In this document: piece after piece, positions 1 through 13,026 of the stretch
Layout of the letters: every line of letters starts with the position of its first letter
How positions within the stretch are numbered: position 1 is the first letter of the stretch
Made by a program: the position numbers and the translations under genes
The notes under the pieces: model-generated
Database searches by the model: none
The model's input: the letters and a program-made list of their open reading frames with translations, nothing else
Told to the model about the DNA's origin: nothing
Assembly: GCF_006345805.1 (NCBI RefSeq)
Contig: NC_042998.1
Location: 52,824,001-52,888,000 of the forward strand
DNA from: Octopus sinensis
Lineage: Eukaryota
Direction: 5' to 3'
DNA: 64,000 nt

Positions 1-600
1 CCACTTGTGCTTTTTTTATGTGGCCCCAGCACCACACACACACACATACATAATAATCTTCCTTATAACTCCGATCAACCGAATTTCACTGGCACACAAA
101 GGTGTGGCTTGCTTTCCAATCACATGATTCTAGGTTCAGTCTCAGTGCATGACACCTTGGGAAAATGTCTTCTACCATAGTCTCAGGCCAGCCAGAGTCT
201 TGTAAGTAGATTTGGTAGACAGAAACTGAAAGAAGTCTATTGTATATATATATGTATATATCAATGTGCATGTGTGCCTTTGTGTCTGTATTTGTTTCCC
301 GACTACCATTTGACAACCAGTGCTGGTGTGTTCACATCCCTGTAACTTAGCAGTTCAGAAAAGACTGATAGAATAAGTACCTGGCTTAAAAATAATGAAC
401 TGGGATCAGTTCATTTAACTAAAATTCTTGAAGGTGGTGCCCCAGCATGGCCATAGTCTAATGACTGAAGCAAGTAAAAGATAAAGGATACAAAATAAGA
501 TGTCCTTCTATTTTTAAGATGGAAGAATGTGATATGAGGATCGTTGAGCAGCGAAATAGAAACCTTGTCAGATGCATATATGCATGAGATAAGTGGAATA

Positions 601-905
601 TATCATCGTGATCACGTGACCAACCAGGCTATCAGATGTTGCTACACATCACTGGTCACAATGCGCTTCACATTGGTTTAGCCTTCAAATAACGCCACCC
701 TACTGGCTAAGCGAGCAGGCAAACAGAAGAAAGAGTGAGAGAAAGTTGTGGCAAAAGAGGATTGCCACCACCCCCTGCCGGAGTGTCATGGAGCTTTTTT
801 AGGAGTTTTCACTCAATAAACACTCACAACACCCAGTCTGGAAATCGAAACCACGATTCTACAACCGCGAGTCTACTGCCCTAACCACTGGGCCATTGCG
901 CCTCC
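601..905 (-). mobile_element. tRNA-derived SINE, family D (head GGAGGCGCAATGGCCCAGTGG), near full length
   Basis: A-box TGGCCCAGTGG and B-box-like GTTTCGATTTCC; a 3'-truncated copy lies at about 10217-10355 (+). Confidence 0.8.
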
Positions 906-1072
906 ACAAGTGGTGTATATAATGTATGAATATTAAGATCAGTGGGCAGCAGCTTTCCCCAGCTGAACAACAATGAATACATATGAAGAAGAAAAGACAT
1001 GTTTCATTGGCGTTGAAACTGAAGCCTGAGCCTATCTTGTCCAATGGGCAGAGTTAAAGAAATTTTACATAG

Positions 1073-1130
1073 GAACTGACAGATATAATGCTGTGTATTG
1101 AAGATAAGCAGAAAAATATTCAAGACAGGA
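1073..1130 (+). CDS. Candidate internal exon (ELTDIMLCIEDKQKNIQDR)
   Basis: ttttacatag| acceptor, open in phase 0, donors A|GTGAGC (1131) or TG|GTAGGT (1141). Confidence 0.3.
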
Positions 1131-2086
1131 GTGAGCATTGGTAGGTTTGTTTTTGTTGTTTAGCCTCAAGTCAATTCTGATAGGGATGACCTCTTGTCAA
1201 AAGACATTCTAGTTCTGGCCATCCAAAGTACAGCACACACATGACAACATTATCTAAAGTATCATTTTTCAAGACAATAGAGTGTGTTTTCATATATATT
1301 TCACTCTATTTCTAGCAAGTTCAGCCATCATGTAGAAGACCTCACTCTCTCTCTCTCTCTCTCTCTCTCATTGGTCAGTATGTTTGTCTTTACTATTGTT
1401 ATTTAGCAGTAAGTCGTCTCTGAATAGGCTTCTGCTCAAAAGCATTCCACCTATGATCAATCCATCTTTTTCCAATGGACATGGAATTCAAGACTGTTCT
1501 ATCAAATGGATAAGGAGTGTCATTTGAGGAATATTTGGCTATTATTTCTAGCACTTTAAGCAACTATGAAGCTCACTCACTAGCCAGTATGTTTGTGGTA
1601 TAAAAAATGGAAAGGTGGCTCCGGTAGATAGCTATAGATATATGAAGAAAGCTGATAGATACATTTGAGATAATGAAGGTGAATACTAATATAGAGTACA
1701 GTTTACAAATGAGATAAATAGGATGTTTCATTTTCTGGGTATTAAACAATGGTTATCTATTTACAAAGTCCAGATATGGCCTACACCAAAGATTACAGCT
1801 CACATATCTTAAACAGTGTATTTAGTACATTAAGTTCACACATATACACACACAAACCAATTAGAGAGCCTTTACGTGGTCATGTAACATATCAGAAATA
1901 GTATCCAAATTTCCCTCCAGTTACAGAAATATCTCTCAAAAATCGTACCCTTTTTTTTCTAATCTTATGCTATGCTTACAGGCATCACCAGTCAGTGACC
2001 TCCATACACTCCTTTAAAGTCTGAAAATTCATAAATTTTCTTGGAAAAGATAAAGCAGTGGTTTCCCATTACATTCTGTCAGTTAA

Positions 2087-2533
2087 CTCTTTAGTATTTA
2101 ACCCTTTCGTTACCAACCCGGCCAAAACCGGCTCTGGCTCTGTAGTACAGATGTCTTGTTTTTATAAGTTTTGAATTAAAATCTTTCACCTAACCTTAGT
2201 CACAATTTATGTTCCTAACACTAGCTGAATGATAACTAAGTTATTTTACTAAATTCTTTGATATATTTAAAAATGATTGAAAGAAACGGAGTATCTCAAA
2301 ACAAATACTGTAATGAAAGGGTTAAACTGGCTATATCTGGCCCAAGTGTTATACCTCATTTTAATATTCAAACCAGCCAAATTTGCCCTCTCACACCTAC
2401 CCTACAATACCAGTCTAAAAATGAACAATCAGATCACTGAAATCTCAAAGCTATTTGTTAATGCATGAATAATTAAAAACAATGTGAATAAATAAGCATT
2501 TCATTTGACAGAATAATCTCAACGCTAAAAAGG
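2087..2533. mobile_element. Nested TTAA-target (piggyBac-like) MITEs; inner element 2102-2321
   Basis: Inner TIRs CCCTTTCGTTAC / GTAATGAAAGGG flanked by TTAA at 2098-2101 and 2322-2325. Outer element bounded by TTAA at 2083 and 2534. Confidence 0.75.
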
Positions 2534-2788
2534 TTAATCTACAGTTTATTCTGTTAGTATCTTGCTGTCTTAACCTTCATGGGACATCTGGGTTGATTGA
2601 TCAGCCCAAGTGATACAAGCTGGAAAGAGTTTGAGGCTGATCCATCAGCCCAATGGAACAGACATTTTCAAGTGTAAAAGCCAATCATCGATTGTCTTTC
2701 AACAGATATAATATAAAACTATACAACATATATATAGTTTTACATACTAATAAAGTAGTTTTGGGCACTTTATCCTTTGCTTTTTACA

Positions 2789-3134
2789 AAGCATGTGAAG
2801 GCACATGGCTTAGTAATTAGAGCATCAAACTTACGATCGTGAGGTTGTGAGTTCAAATCCTGGACTGGGCTGCGTGTTGAGTTCTTGAGCAAGACACTTT
2901 ATTTCACATTACTCCAGTTCACTCAGCTGTAGAAATGAGTTGTGACATCACAGATGCCAAGCTGTACCTGCTGTTGCCTTTCCCTTGGATAACACTAGTG
3001 ACATGGAGAGGGGAGGCCGGTATGCATAGGTAACTGCTGGTCTTCCATAAACAACCTTGCCTGGACTTGTGACTGAGAGGGTAACATTCTAGGTGCAATC
3101 CCACTATCAGTCATGACCGAAGGGGGTCTCAACA
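2789..3134 (+). mobile_element. tRNA-derived SINE, family C (GGCACATGGCTTAG head, TCTTGAGCAAGACAC core) with a 17-bp TSD
   Basis: ATCCTTTGCTTTTTACA repeated at 2772-2788 and 3135-3151. Related copies near 28150-28470, 33250-33530, 33880-34250, 39990-40230, 45485-45710 and 52760-53000. Confidence 0.8.
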
Positions 3135-3178
3135 ATCCTTTGCTTTTTACATATACCCATCATTTTCAGTCTCTCCAG

Positions 3179-3232
3179 AAAAAAACATTTTGGTCTTTTT
3201 GGTTACACATACCAAAACACTGTCTCAAAAAG
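3179..3232 (+). CDS. Candidate 54-nt symmetric exon, open in all three phases
   Basis: cattttcagtctctccag| acceptor and AAG|GTAAAG donor; reading frame undetermined. Confidence 0.3.
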
Positions 3233-5214
3233 GTAAAGCTAAACTTTATGACACAAGACCTAAGTAACCCTTAGGCAAGAGGACTGGTCCACATTACATC
3301 AGAGCATATCCATGCATGGTGGACCTGTGTGATACATGTCTAGTGGGTCAGCCCTTGTCTGATTCCTATATGCCTTAGCCACAGAACTATCTTCTGCTAC
3401 TTGGCTCTTTATAGAGGTCCCTAATCGATACTACCATGCCAGATCAGAACAGGCCTAGGAAACTAAGGGGTAACTCCATACTTTCTAAAACATTTGAATT
3501 CCCAGGCTGGAGCTTCACTACCAAAAGCAGTTTAATGTTGCACTCTGCTACCTTGAAAAAGGTCATGTTGGAATGTGTAACCTTGGGTGTCCTGTATGTT
3601 GGGAGATGGAATACCTTAGAATTAACCAATTTTATATACCTTACAACTAATAGGTTGGTTATTATATTGGTAAAGTAGAAAAATCTTAATTATGGTAAAA
3701 TAAATTGCTTTGATTTAAAAGAAAATGAGGTATAATGTTAAAATGAATACTGAGGTATTTAACACACTATTATATTAATTAATGTTATATATATATATAT
3801 ATATATATAAATATTTTCTTTTAATTATCTTAGTCATTGGACTGCAACCATGCTGGAGCACTGGAAGGGTTTTTAATCAAGCAAATTAACTTCAGTGTGG
3901 TACTTATTCCATAGTTATTTTTTTGCTGAACCTTTAAGTTATGGAGATATAAACACACCAACATTGGTTGTCAAGCAGTCGAGGGACAGACACAAATGCA
4001 CAAACATACAAACACGCGCACACACACACACACACACACAATGAGCTTTCTTTCAGTTTCCATCAGCTAAATCCACTCGCAAGGCTTTAGTCAGTTTTGC
4101 CTAAGGTGTCATGCAGTGGGACTGAACCTGAAATCATTTGATTGGGAAGCAAATCCCTTACCACACAATCATACTTGAGCTTATATATGTGTGAATGTGT
4201 GTGTGTGTGTGTGTGTGCGTGTGTACGTGGAGTTACGTTTGTAGCCATACTTTACATATATTAAACAATGCACATAGCTTTCATCCAATAATCATTTTTG
4301 AGCCAAACCTTACAGAACTGTATCTGATTGGAAATCTATGACACATAGTATAGGGTATAACAGTTGATAAATCAGATAGATAATAGAGGTTGGGTTTCAT
4401 TTTCTAGGTCAAACATTAATTACTTCTGTACTAATAGTGGTTATCTGTTTCCAAAGTCCAAATATGGGCCTATTCCATTCAAATACCAGTCTTCAAGCAT
4501 ATGAACAGAACATTAATATAAACTTCTCGAATTTTACACAATTATTTGTATTTCCCTGTTGTTGTTGAACCTGAAATCAACCCTGACTGACCAGATCTAT
4601 GATCAAAGACATCACATCTCTGACCATTCCATCATCTTTTGTATATCAAAGACTACGTAAACCCTTTTGTTTTAAATTTTCATTTGAAATATACTTGATT
4701 TGTTTCAGTTAATTTTGAAAAAAAAAATTAAAATAAATACCTTGGTTCTTATTAATCTAGTGTTTGGAACACAAATTGACATGAAATTTCAATGGAAGGT
4801 TTTAATTTAAATCACTTTAAAAGAGAAGGTTTATATCATACACCTAGGGGGTGATCACAAACAGGTTGGTGTCAAAAAAGATGAGGATATGTTATTTCTT
4901 TTCCAAAATGCTAGAATGTGATTTGAGAGAGATTTAACTACTATTTCTAGTATGTTAAGTGACCATGTAGTGGCTTCCTCGTTGGCATGTGACCTTGCAG
5001 TATATCTGGATGGGAAAAGACTCTGAACATTATATCTTATATTAGACAATAATATTTTTTAAAAATTTGTTTCAGCCATTAGACAGTGGCCATGCTGAGG
5101 TACCATCTTGAAGAATTTTTAGTCGAATGAATTGACCCCAGTACCTATATTTTGTTAAGCTTGGCACTTATTCTATTGGTCCCTTTTTGCCAAACTGCTA
5201 AGTTACGAGGATGC

Positions 5215-6005
5215 TTAAATAAGTGATGATCAGTAGGAGAGATATCAGGGGAATAGGGAGGATGTTGCAAAATCTCATAATTCAAACTTTGCAACTTTTG
5301 GACCTTAAGCTTGAGGAGTGTGAGGGTGTGCATTGTCATGGGGCAAAATTGGGCCATCTCTATACACTAGTCTGGGTTGCTTCTTTTTCAAATTCTCATG
5401 CATGCAATCAATTTTCTGGTAATACAATGTTACTGTTACTGTTTTTCCTTGTTGCAAAAATGAATTATAAATAACTTCCCTTTGCAGACCACCATACGGA
5501 CCACCACTGACTTTTTAAGGTGCAATAGTGGATTTGGGTGATTCTCCTCCCTCTAGGTGTTGTCAAAGAGTATCCATTTCTCATCACAAGTAATGATTTG
5601 ATGTAAAAATGGTCTTTTTCCAGTCGAGAAAGCAATACGTAGCACACTTTGAGGCGTCTATTTTTTTTTTAATCTTGTTCAATTAATGTGGAACAAACCT
5701 ATCTGTTTTCTTGACTTTTCCAATTTTTTACTGGTGTCCAAAAACAGTTGTGAGAGATGTTTGGAATTCTGATGAAAATTTTTGAACCTTTATTCTCGGA
5801 TTTTGTTCAATCAAAGCATTTAATCCATCATGCTGAATAACTGATTCTGGCCTACACCTTGGTTTATTTTCAAGGCTATCATCTCCTGAAACAAGAGCTT
5901 TGGCACCATCTCTGAACAGTTCTGATGTAAAAAAAACCATTACCAAAGGCCCGCTTGATATTCCGTAGAGCTTCTATGGCAGAGTGACCAAGTTTGTACT
6001 CATAC
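5215..6005 (-). mobile_element. Decayed mariner transposase
   Basis: Frameshifted fragments YEYKLGHSAIEALRNIKRAFG (HTH), GDDSLENKPRCRP, SVWWSAKG and HPPYSPDISPTDHHLF, the mariner YSPDL motif. Confidence 0.85.
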
Positions 6006-6888
6006 GAGAAAATCACTGAGCATAGTTTGGTTGTTATCATTTTCATAAGGTCTGTGGGTATGTTGGGAAAGGAAAAGTGTCAAGATTAAATGCAAGTTAT
6101 ACAAAAGTGAGTTTTTAAATGACTGAAATAACAAGTAATTAAAAATGTGACATTTCTTGTGAAACAACCTAATATATATATGATGAGTTTCTTTCAGTTT
6201 CCGCCTACCAAATCCACTCACAAGGCTTTGATCAGCCTGTGGCCATACTAGAAGTCACTTTCACAGGGTGCCATGCAGTAGGACTGAACCCAGAACCATG
6301 TGGTTGGGAAGCAAAACCTTCTTACCACACAGCCACACCTATGACTAAATTATAGAAAAAAAATACAATAGGTAATATACAGAATCCAAAGAGACTGGCA
6401 ACAGCTTATAATAACATCATTATCATCATCGTTGTTTTACGTCCGCTTTCCATGCTGGCATGGGTTGGATGGTTTGACTGAGGACTGGCAAGCCAGGAGG
6501 CTGCATCAGGCTCTAGTCTGATTTGGCAAGGGTTCTACAGCTGGACACCCTTGCTAACATCAACCACTCCAAGAGTGTAGTGGGTGCTTTTTATGTGCTA
6601 CCGGCATGGGAGCCAGTCAGGTAGCACTGGCATCAGCTACGCTTGAACATTGCTTTTTACGTGCCACCAGCATGGGTGCCAATCAGGCGACACGGGCATT
6701 GGCTACTCTTGAATGGTACTTTTTACGTGCTACCAGCACAGGAGCCAGTCAGGCAGCACTGGCAATGGCCATGACTATGATTTCACTCAGTTCAACAGGT
6801 CTTCTTATTATATATTACTTGAGACAGAGTGAGAGATTTAATAATACAAATAGCGAAAAATCACTCAACATATAGACTCTGCATGTGA

Positions 6889-6920
<32 letters not shown>

Positions 6921-6924
6921 CATC

Positions 6925-7356
6925 ATCATCATCATTTAGCGTCCGTTTTCCATGCTAGCATGGGTTGGACGGTTCAACTGGGGTCTGGGGAGCCCGAAGG
7001 CTGCACTAGGCCAGTCAGATCTGGCAGTGTTTCTACAGCTGGATGCCCTTCCTAACGCCAACCACTCCGAGAGTGTAGTGGGTGATTTTATGTGCCCCCG
7101 ACACAGGTGCCAGACGAGGCTGGCGAACGGCCACGCTCGGATGGTGTTTTTTATGTGCCACCGACACAGGTGCCAGACGAGGCTGGCAGACGGCCACGCT
7201 CGGATGGTGTTTTTATGTGCCACCGACACAGGTGCCAGATGAGGCTGGCGAACGGCCACGATCGGATGGTGTTTGTTACGTGCCCACAGCACGGAGGCCA
7301 GTTGATGCGGTACTGGCTACGGCCACGTTCGGATGGTTTTCTTGTGTGCCACCGCA
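6925..7356 (-). mobile_element. 5'-truncated RTE-type retroelement 3' UTR (family E) with internal 62-63-bp tandem units and a (GAT)n tail
   Basis: Units start at 7091, 7154, 7216 and 7279. Related copies near 6420-6810, 23215-23450, 24000-24245, 37317-37830, 42415-42655, 50100-50500, 55440-56070 and 60195-60420. Confidence 0.7.
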
Positions 7357-7386
7357 CACACAAACACAAATATATATATATACCTA

Positions 7387-7572
7387 CAAGGGATGTGTTG
7401 AAAAGTTCCTGGCTTTGGGTAAAAGAAAATATTCCCCTGCTGTCAGATTCATACACTTTTTGCAGTGGTCTTTCAGTTTTGCTAAGCCCTGTGAAAGAAC
7501 TGGGGAAGTTTGGGCCTCCCATCAGGCCTTTCATGATACTCTTAAAGCCAGGAACTTTTCAGCACCCTTTCA
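7387..7572. mobile_element. Mariner-derived MITE
   Basis: TIRs GGATGTGTTGAAAAGTTCCTGGCTTT / AAAGCCAGGAACTTTTCAGCACCC with TA flanks. Sister copies at 27096-27315 (retains FTGLKKLKDYCNKCVNLRGEYVK*, a transposase C-terminus) and 33562-33786. Confidence 0.8.
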
Positions 7573-8383
7573 TAAGTATATATATATATATATATGTATG
7601 TATACACTTAATATATATATGAAATACATGAAGTAACTTTACATTAAAGAGTGGAGTATACAATTTCCTGCAAGTCAGAGGAAAGAGAGAAACTTTGGTG
7701 AATTCTAACATGCTGGTTCCCACATGACCTGGCAGAGGCATGTGGTGGTATGTTTACAAGACCCATATGACTTTCCAGAGGGTCATCTTAATTCTTTTAT
7801 ATGAGCCTTTTAGGAGTTGGCTCACTATGATTGCTTAATCCTTTAGCACTTAAACTAGCTATATCCTATTCAAATATTCTACCTGAGCTTTGAAAAGGTA
7901 TTCATTCTTTTATTCTTTTACCTGTTTATCCATTTTACCTGTTTATTCAGATTATTCTGTCAAATGTGATGCTTATATATTCACTTTGTTTTAAATCTAT
8001 CATTCATTGTCATGTAGCTTCAAAACTTCAATGATGTGATTGTTTATTTTTAGAATATCATTAAAGGGCTGGTGTGAGAAGCTGAATCTGGCCAGTTTGA
8101 ACAAAAAACAGGTAAAATATCTGGGCCAGATATAGCCAATTTAAATGCTGATGGTTTATGTCACTGGAATGTAATTATACTGGGGCACCCAAAGGAGTTG
8201 GCTGATTAAATCATTCCCAATATCCTATTTATACCTGGTACTGTTTTTATTTCAATCTCATTTTGCTGAACTGCACAAATACAGAGATATAAAGAAACCA
8301 ACATTGGTTGTCAAGTGGTGGAAGGTACACTGCACAAAGACAGACAGCACACACATACAAGCACATACACAACCACACACACA

Positions 8384-8421
<38 letters not shown>

Positions 8422-8841
8422 ACACACACACACACACAAACATACATAAATGCATTACATTTATACATACACACAAACAAAACCAGAAAGAAGAAATCTG
8501 ATTCGAAAACTATAGATTCAAGCCATCACTGGTACTGTAAAAATCTGTAAAACTTTCTGAATCATTTAAATATGTATAAGCATATCTAGATATGCAAGTA
8601 TATGCATGAGAAGACATACATGAAGTAAAACATATAAATCTGCATGCATACATACATATTTTATTTCTTTGTCTGACAAATTTCTAACAGGAGATTCGTT
8701 ATATGTCTATCTAACATGTAGATATTTGTAGTTCCTATTAGCAAATGTAACACATGTAATGAAGAATAGATAATACTAAAATGTTTCTACTTTCCTGTTT
8801 TGTTACACATATATATACATACATATATATATGCATGTATA

Positions 8842-9385
<544 letters not shown>

Positions 9386-9701
9386 ATATACCTACACAAT
9401 GAGCTTTTACAGTTACCATCAACCAAATTCATACATGATGCAATGGTCTATAGTATATGACACTTGCTCAAGATTCCACATGGTCAGATTTAAAATGAAC
9501 TTCTTAAACATGCAGTAATACCTGTGCATGTATGAAGGCATGAATTTTTTTCATGGTGGAAAAATTTATGAAATTAAATTTAATATATCTGTCAAGTATC
9601 ACTACACTGAATATTAAAGTTATTAAATCATAATGATGCAAAGCTGTCAATTTTCTTTACAAACAGCCAGAATGTATTATATTTGCATTTATTTCTATCA
9701 G

Positions 9702-9860
9702 GATATGGAATTACATAAGATTTCAAAATTATTTAATAATATTGGAGACAGGTGAATGAAAAAACAGATTTAATTCTAAAGAATTTTGAAATAGTTGAAG
9801 CTTATTTCTATCTTCTTTTAGCAGACATTCTAATGCTGGCAATTGCATATATGAGAAAAA
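9702..9860 (+). CDS. Candidate exon pair separated by a 70-nt intron (DMELHKISKLFNNIGDS / RHSNAGNCIYEK)
   Basis: Exon 9702-9751 (atttctatcag| ... AG|GTGAAT), intron 9752-9821 ending tcttcttttag, exon from 9822. Phases match (2/2). Confidence 0.4.
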
Positions 9861-10371
9861 GTATATCTAAGTATTAAGAGTTATTCATATAAGAATAGAT
9901 AAGTATCAGCAAACATGAATATGAGGGTATATGAAAAGTAATAATTATAGCTGTAAGTATAAACAGCATTAGAGATATGAGTGTATGCATGTATGTATGT
10001 ATGTATGTATGTATGTATGTATGTATGTATGTATGTATGTATGTATGTATGTATGTATGTATGTATTTCTAGATATGTATGTGCGTGTGTATGCACACAG
10101 ACACAGACACATACACACACTATTTTGTTATAAGGATTCATAAAATTCAAGGTACATCAACTCATACAATACCAGGTATATATATATACATATATATATA
10201 TAGTGTGTGTATATAGTGGAGGTGCAATGGCCCAGTGGTTAGGGCAGCGGACTTGCGGTTTTGATTCCCAGACCGGGCATTGTGAGTTTTTTATTGAGCA
10301 AAAACATCTAAAGCTCCACGAGGCTCCAGCAGGGGGTAGTGGTGAACCCTGCTGTATAAATATATATTATT

Positions 10372-10499
10372 GTATAGGGGGGAACTCACAAAAAACAACA
10401 ACAAAAGACGAAGACAGGTGGTGTAGACAACAAACAGATGTATTAGTATAATGCTCAAGAAGTGAAAAAGTCTTTAACGTTTCAAGCCTACGCTCTTCC
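10372..10499 (-). mobile_element. Penelope-like terminal fragment with a degenerate hammerhead motif
   Basis: Minus strand GAAGAGCGTAGGCTTGAAACGTTAAAG; homologous second copy at about 13843-13975. Confidence 0.5.
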
Positions 10500-11874
10500 A
10501 TATAAATCTCACATGTGTGTTTTCTACAACAGGCAGCAGGATACAACTATTGTAATTTTTCATTATAACTTTTCCTTTTATTTTTGTAACTTACTATATA
10601 CTGTTGTTGATATAAATGTATAAATGTGCTTGTAATGATTTTCTGCTGATATATATGTGCATATGTGTGAGTGTATATGTGCATTGGAAATGGTTATTAA
10701 ATGAGCATTTGTGCAATATTTATGTATACATATTCAGTATGCATGCATAATGTGAATGCATGTGTAATAATCAAGTAAAGTTTATAGCTGTAACAGATTA
10801 TGCAACATGTGAATGCATTAAACTATATCAGAGGAGCATGTAATGTGCCTACTTGTATGTTTATGTAACTTGATACGTTGGTTCTTCTCTCAACTAGTGG
10901 AACAAAACCGATTTCTTCAATGGTTAAACTATAATCTTCTCAACGATTAACTTCAGACTAATGACCTGTGTAAATTACAAGTGACCTTCGAATACCGATT
11001 ATGGTGGGTGTTACGGGGAGATATCATGATGGACTCTTGGAGATTTACCACTAGAATGAAGGAGTAGGGGTAGAAATCATGTGCAGAAAGTGAAAGGCAT
11101 AAAGAGAATATATTTCAGCACATTAAATGTCAATTCATCTGATATTAATTAGATAAGCAGTCATTTGATTCCAATACAATATAACATGCAAGAGACAGAT
11201 TGTTTTATGGCTTTGTATGAAACAGTTTGAGGCACTTTTAGAATTAGGTGATTTATTACATTTAAGATTGCCAAGGATTCTGTTTGAATTACATGGTTCC
11301 TAACTTAAAGATTTCCATTCATTTTATACAACGTAAGGAAAATTTCTCATGAATTTTATGAGTTAAATAAAATAAACAAATAAACCATTAGAAACTTTGG
11401 TTAGGCTTCAAGAGAGAAATTTAGCTGACCAAGTCAATATTAAATTTCAACTTTATCTTTCTTAGATTCAATTAGTAAAATTTGATAATGAAATAAGTTA
11501 TTATATTCTTCAAACTTCACCAAACAAAAGAACTTTACATATTATTAAAACAATTAATAATTTTCTATTTCTCAAACAATTGAAAATTTTCCATTTCTCA
11601 AACTATGCTCAAACTTCAATATTTCTATTTTATTGTGCCAGCTAAAATTATGCAAGATAAGAACAACAGCTCTACAGCAGTAATTTGGGAGTAGATAATA
11701 AGTAGAAGACCACTTTAAATTATTTTATTTTAATACTTGATTCAATGAAGATTATCACGGTTCTTTAATTTTGTTTTGGATTTGTGTTTAATACTTCCAT
11801 CATTAATAAAATAAATGTCAGTTTATATACAGAGTTTGATTTAATTGGCTATACTTTATTTAGGTTTGTTCCAG

Positions 11875-11952
11875 GTACTTGGACTATATAGATTGGTACA
11901 AAGTAAAGCAAAAAGCAGTGTCACTGTTTTATGTGCAAAGGAACTGACCCTG
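11875..11952 (+). CDS. Candidate exon (VLGLYRLVQSKAKSSVTVLCAKELTL in phase 0)
   Basis: tttgttccag| acceptor; donors CTG|GTGAGA (11953) and GAG|GTAAGG (11966). Confidence 0.3.
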
Positions 11953-11976
11953 GTGAGATAAAGAGGTAAGGCCAGT

Positions 11977-12480
11977 ATTAATGCATAGTTCCCATAACCT
12001 CAGGTGTTGCAAACAACTGACCCAAGCAGGATAATTGAGCGTTGTTACTTCTCTGGGCATGGATATATTGAAACTCTGACGTCTGGCAGCTGACTTGGCA
12101 GACACCCATAAAATTATTATCTATCTTACAAACAATAACCCTGAGCACCTTTTCAAACTCCATCTGTCTAACACCTATGGACATGTTTACAAAGTCAGAA
12201 AACAGCACAGCTCCCATGACTTTCGGAAACATTTTTTCACACAAAGAGTTGCTGAAGCATGGAACAAACTGCCGGCATCAGTTGTTAGTTGTCAGAGCAC
12301 TGCATCCTTCAAAACTTTCATGCTTCCTGAGATCCGCCAACACTATACCTGATTTTCTCCCCTCCATACACACGCAAGCATGTATCACTGTTCACTTCCC
12401 AGACATTTGTACATTAATGCACATGCTTTATATGCACTTTTGTTAAGTTGTGGTGCACCTGAGCACTGTATACAATAATT
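11977..12480 (+). mobile_element. CR1/L2-group LINE 3' fragment
   Basis: C-terminal motif RKHFFTQRVAEAWNKLPASVV...SFK, preceded by LGMDIL..RLAADLADTHKI. Confidence 0.8.
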
Positions 12481-12499
12481 TCATTATCATTTTTTTTTT

Positions 12500-12770
12500 T
12501 AAAGTGGCCTCAAGCTAACGAGGCATTATCAGAGCCAGTGGGCAGAATGCCATCAGTTTGGCTGAGGAGGCAACAGATGTCTTAAGGTGGCTATGAATTA
12601 AGAGGTGTGAGCCCGAGAAGGAGCAGTGCAATTAGGGTAAGTGCCAACTAGACACAAGTTAGAGCTTGGTCAACCCTCGATGGGTCACTTTGGTGAGGGT
12701 GTCTGATATTGAAAGACTCAAAACATTTATTGATTCTAGGAAACATCCGTGATGTTGTGTCCATGTGCAT
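12500..12770 (+). mobile_element. HERO-like (restriction-like endonuclease) non-LTR retrotransposon 3' end
   Basis: Decayed AISLAEEATDVLRWL*IKR, matching the A..A.RWLW.KR terminus, followed by GGTGAGGGTGTCTGATATTGAAAGACTCAAAACA UTR-like sequence. Confidence 0.5.
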
Positions 12771-12907
12771 CACAAAATCATGTATGGTAAAGCTACATCA
12801 GCTTTTGGATGCTGTTTCTGATACTAAACACTGGATCAGAACAGAGGAAAACATATAACAGTAATGAAGTTGGTATATTGACAGTTCTTTACATTGTGAA
12901 TACATAC

Positions 12908-13026
12908 AAAGAGAAACTCTGTTTATTAAGTACTACAAAGGGACAAAATTTATCTTTCATCTCCCAAACACAGAAAAGGATGCAAAGAGTGAGGATGACT
13001 ATGAAGATAAGGTTAATTGCTGTTTT
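12908..13026 (-). CDS. Candidate downstream transmembrane exon of the mucin-like gene
   Basis: Phase-0 entry gives KTAINLIFIVILTLCILFCVWEMKDK, a hydrophobic run of about 18 residues, with donor TT|GTATGT. The acceptor is a rare GAG, and the antisense of GA-rich DNA easily reads hydrophobic. Confidence 0.25.

Noticed and set aside
3250-3640. GC-richer segment with ORFs on both strands; similar segments at 19430-19620, 28770-29030, 45260-45480 and 51100-51400
   Set aside because: Faint resemblance to decayed LINE coding sequence only; too degraded to classify and lacking splice support.
7091-7300. Regularly spaced repeats resembling a CRISPR array
   Set aside because: Contiguous tandem units with no unique spacers, inside a eukaryotic retroelement, and no cas genes.
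6936-7636. Overlapping ORFs of 96-184 aa with repeated peptides; similar ones at 37449-38005
   Set aside because: Translations of the GC-rich family E VNTR, open in several frames on both strands.
10850-10965. Possible minus-strand next exon of the mucin-like gene (cacag|VISLKLIVEKIIV*)
   Set aside because: Stops after 13 codons, acceptor only moderate, no transmembrane segment; cannot be supported without reads.
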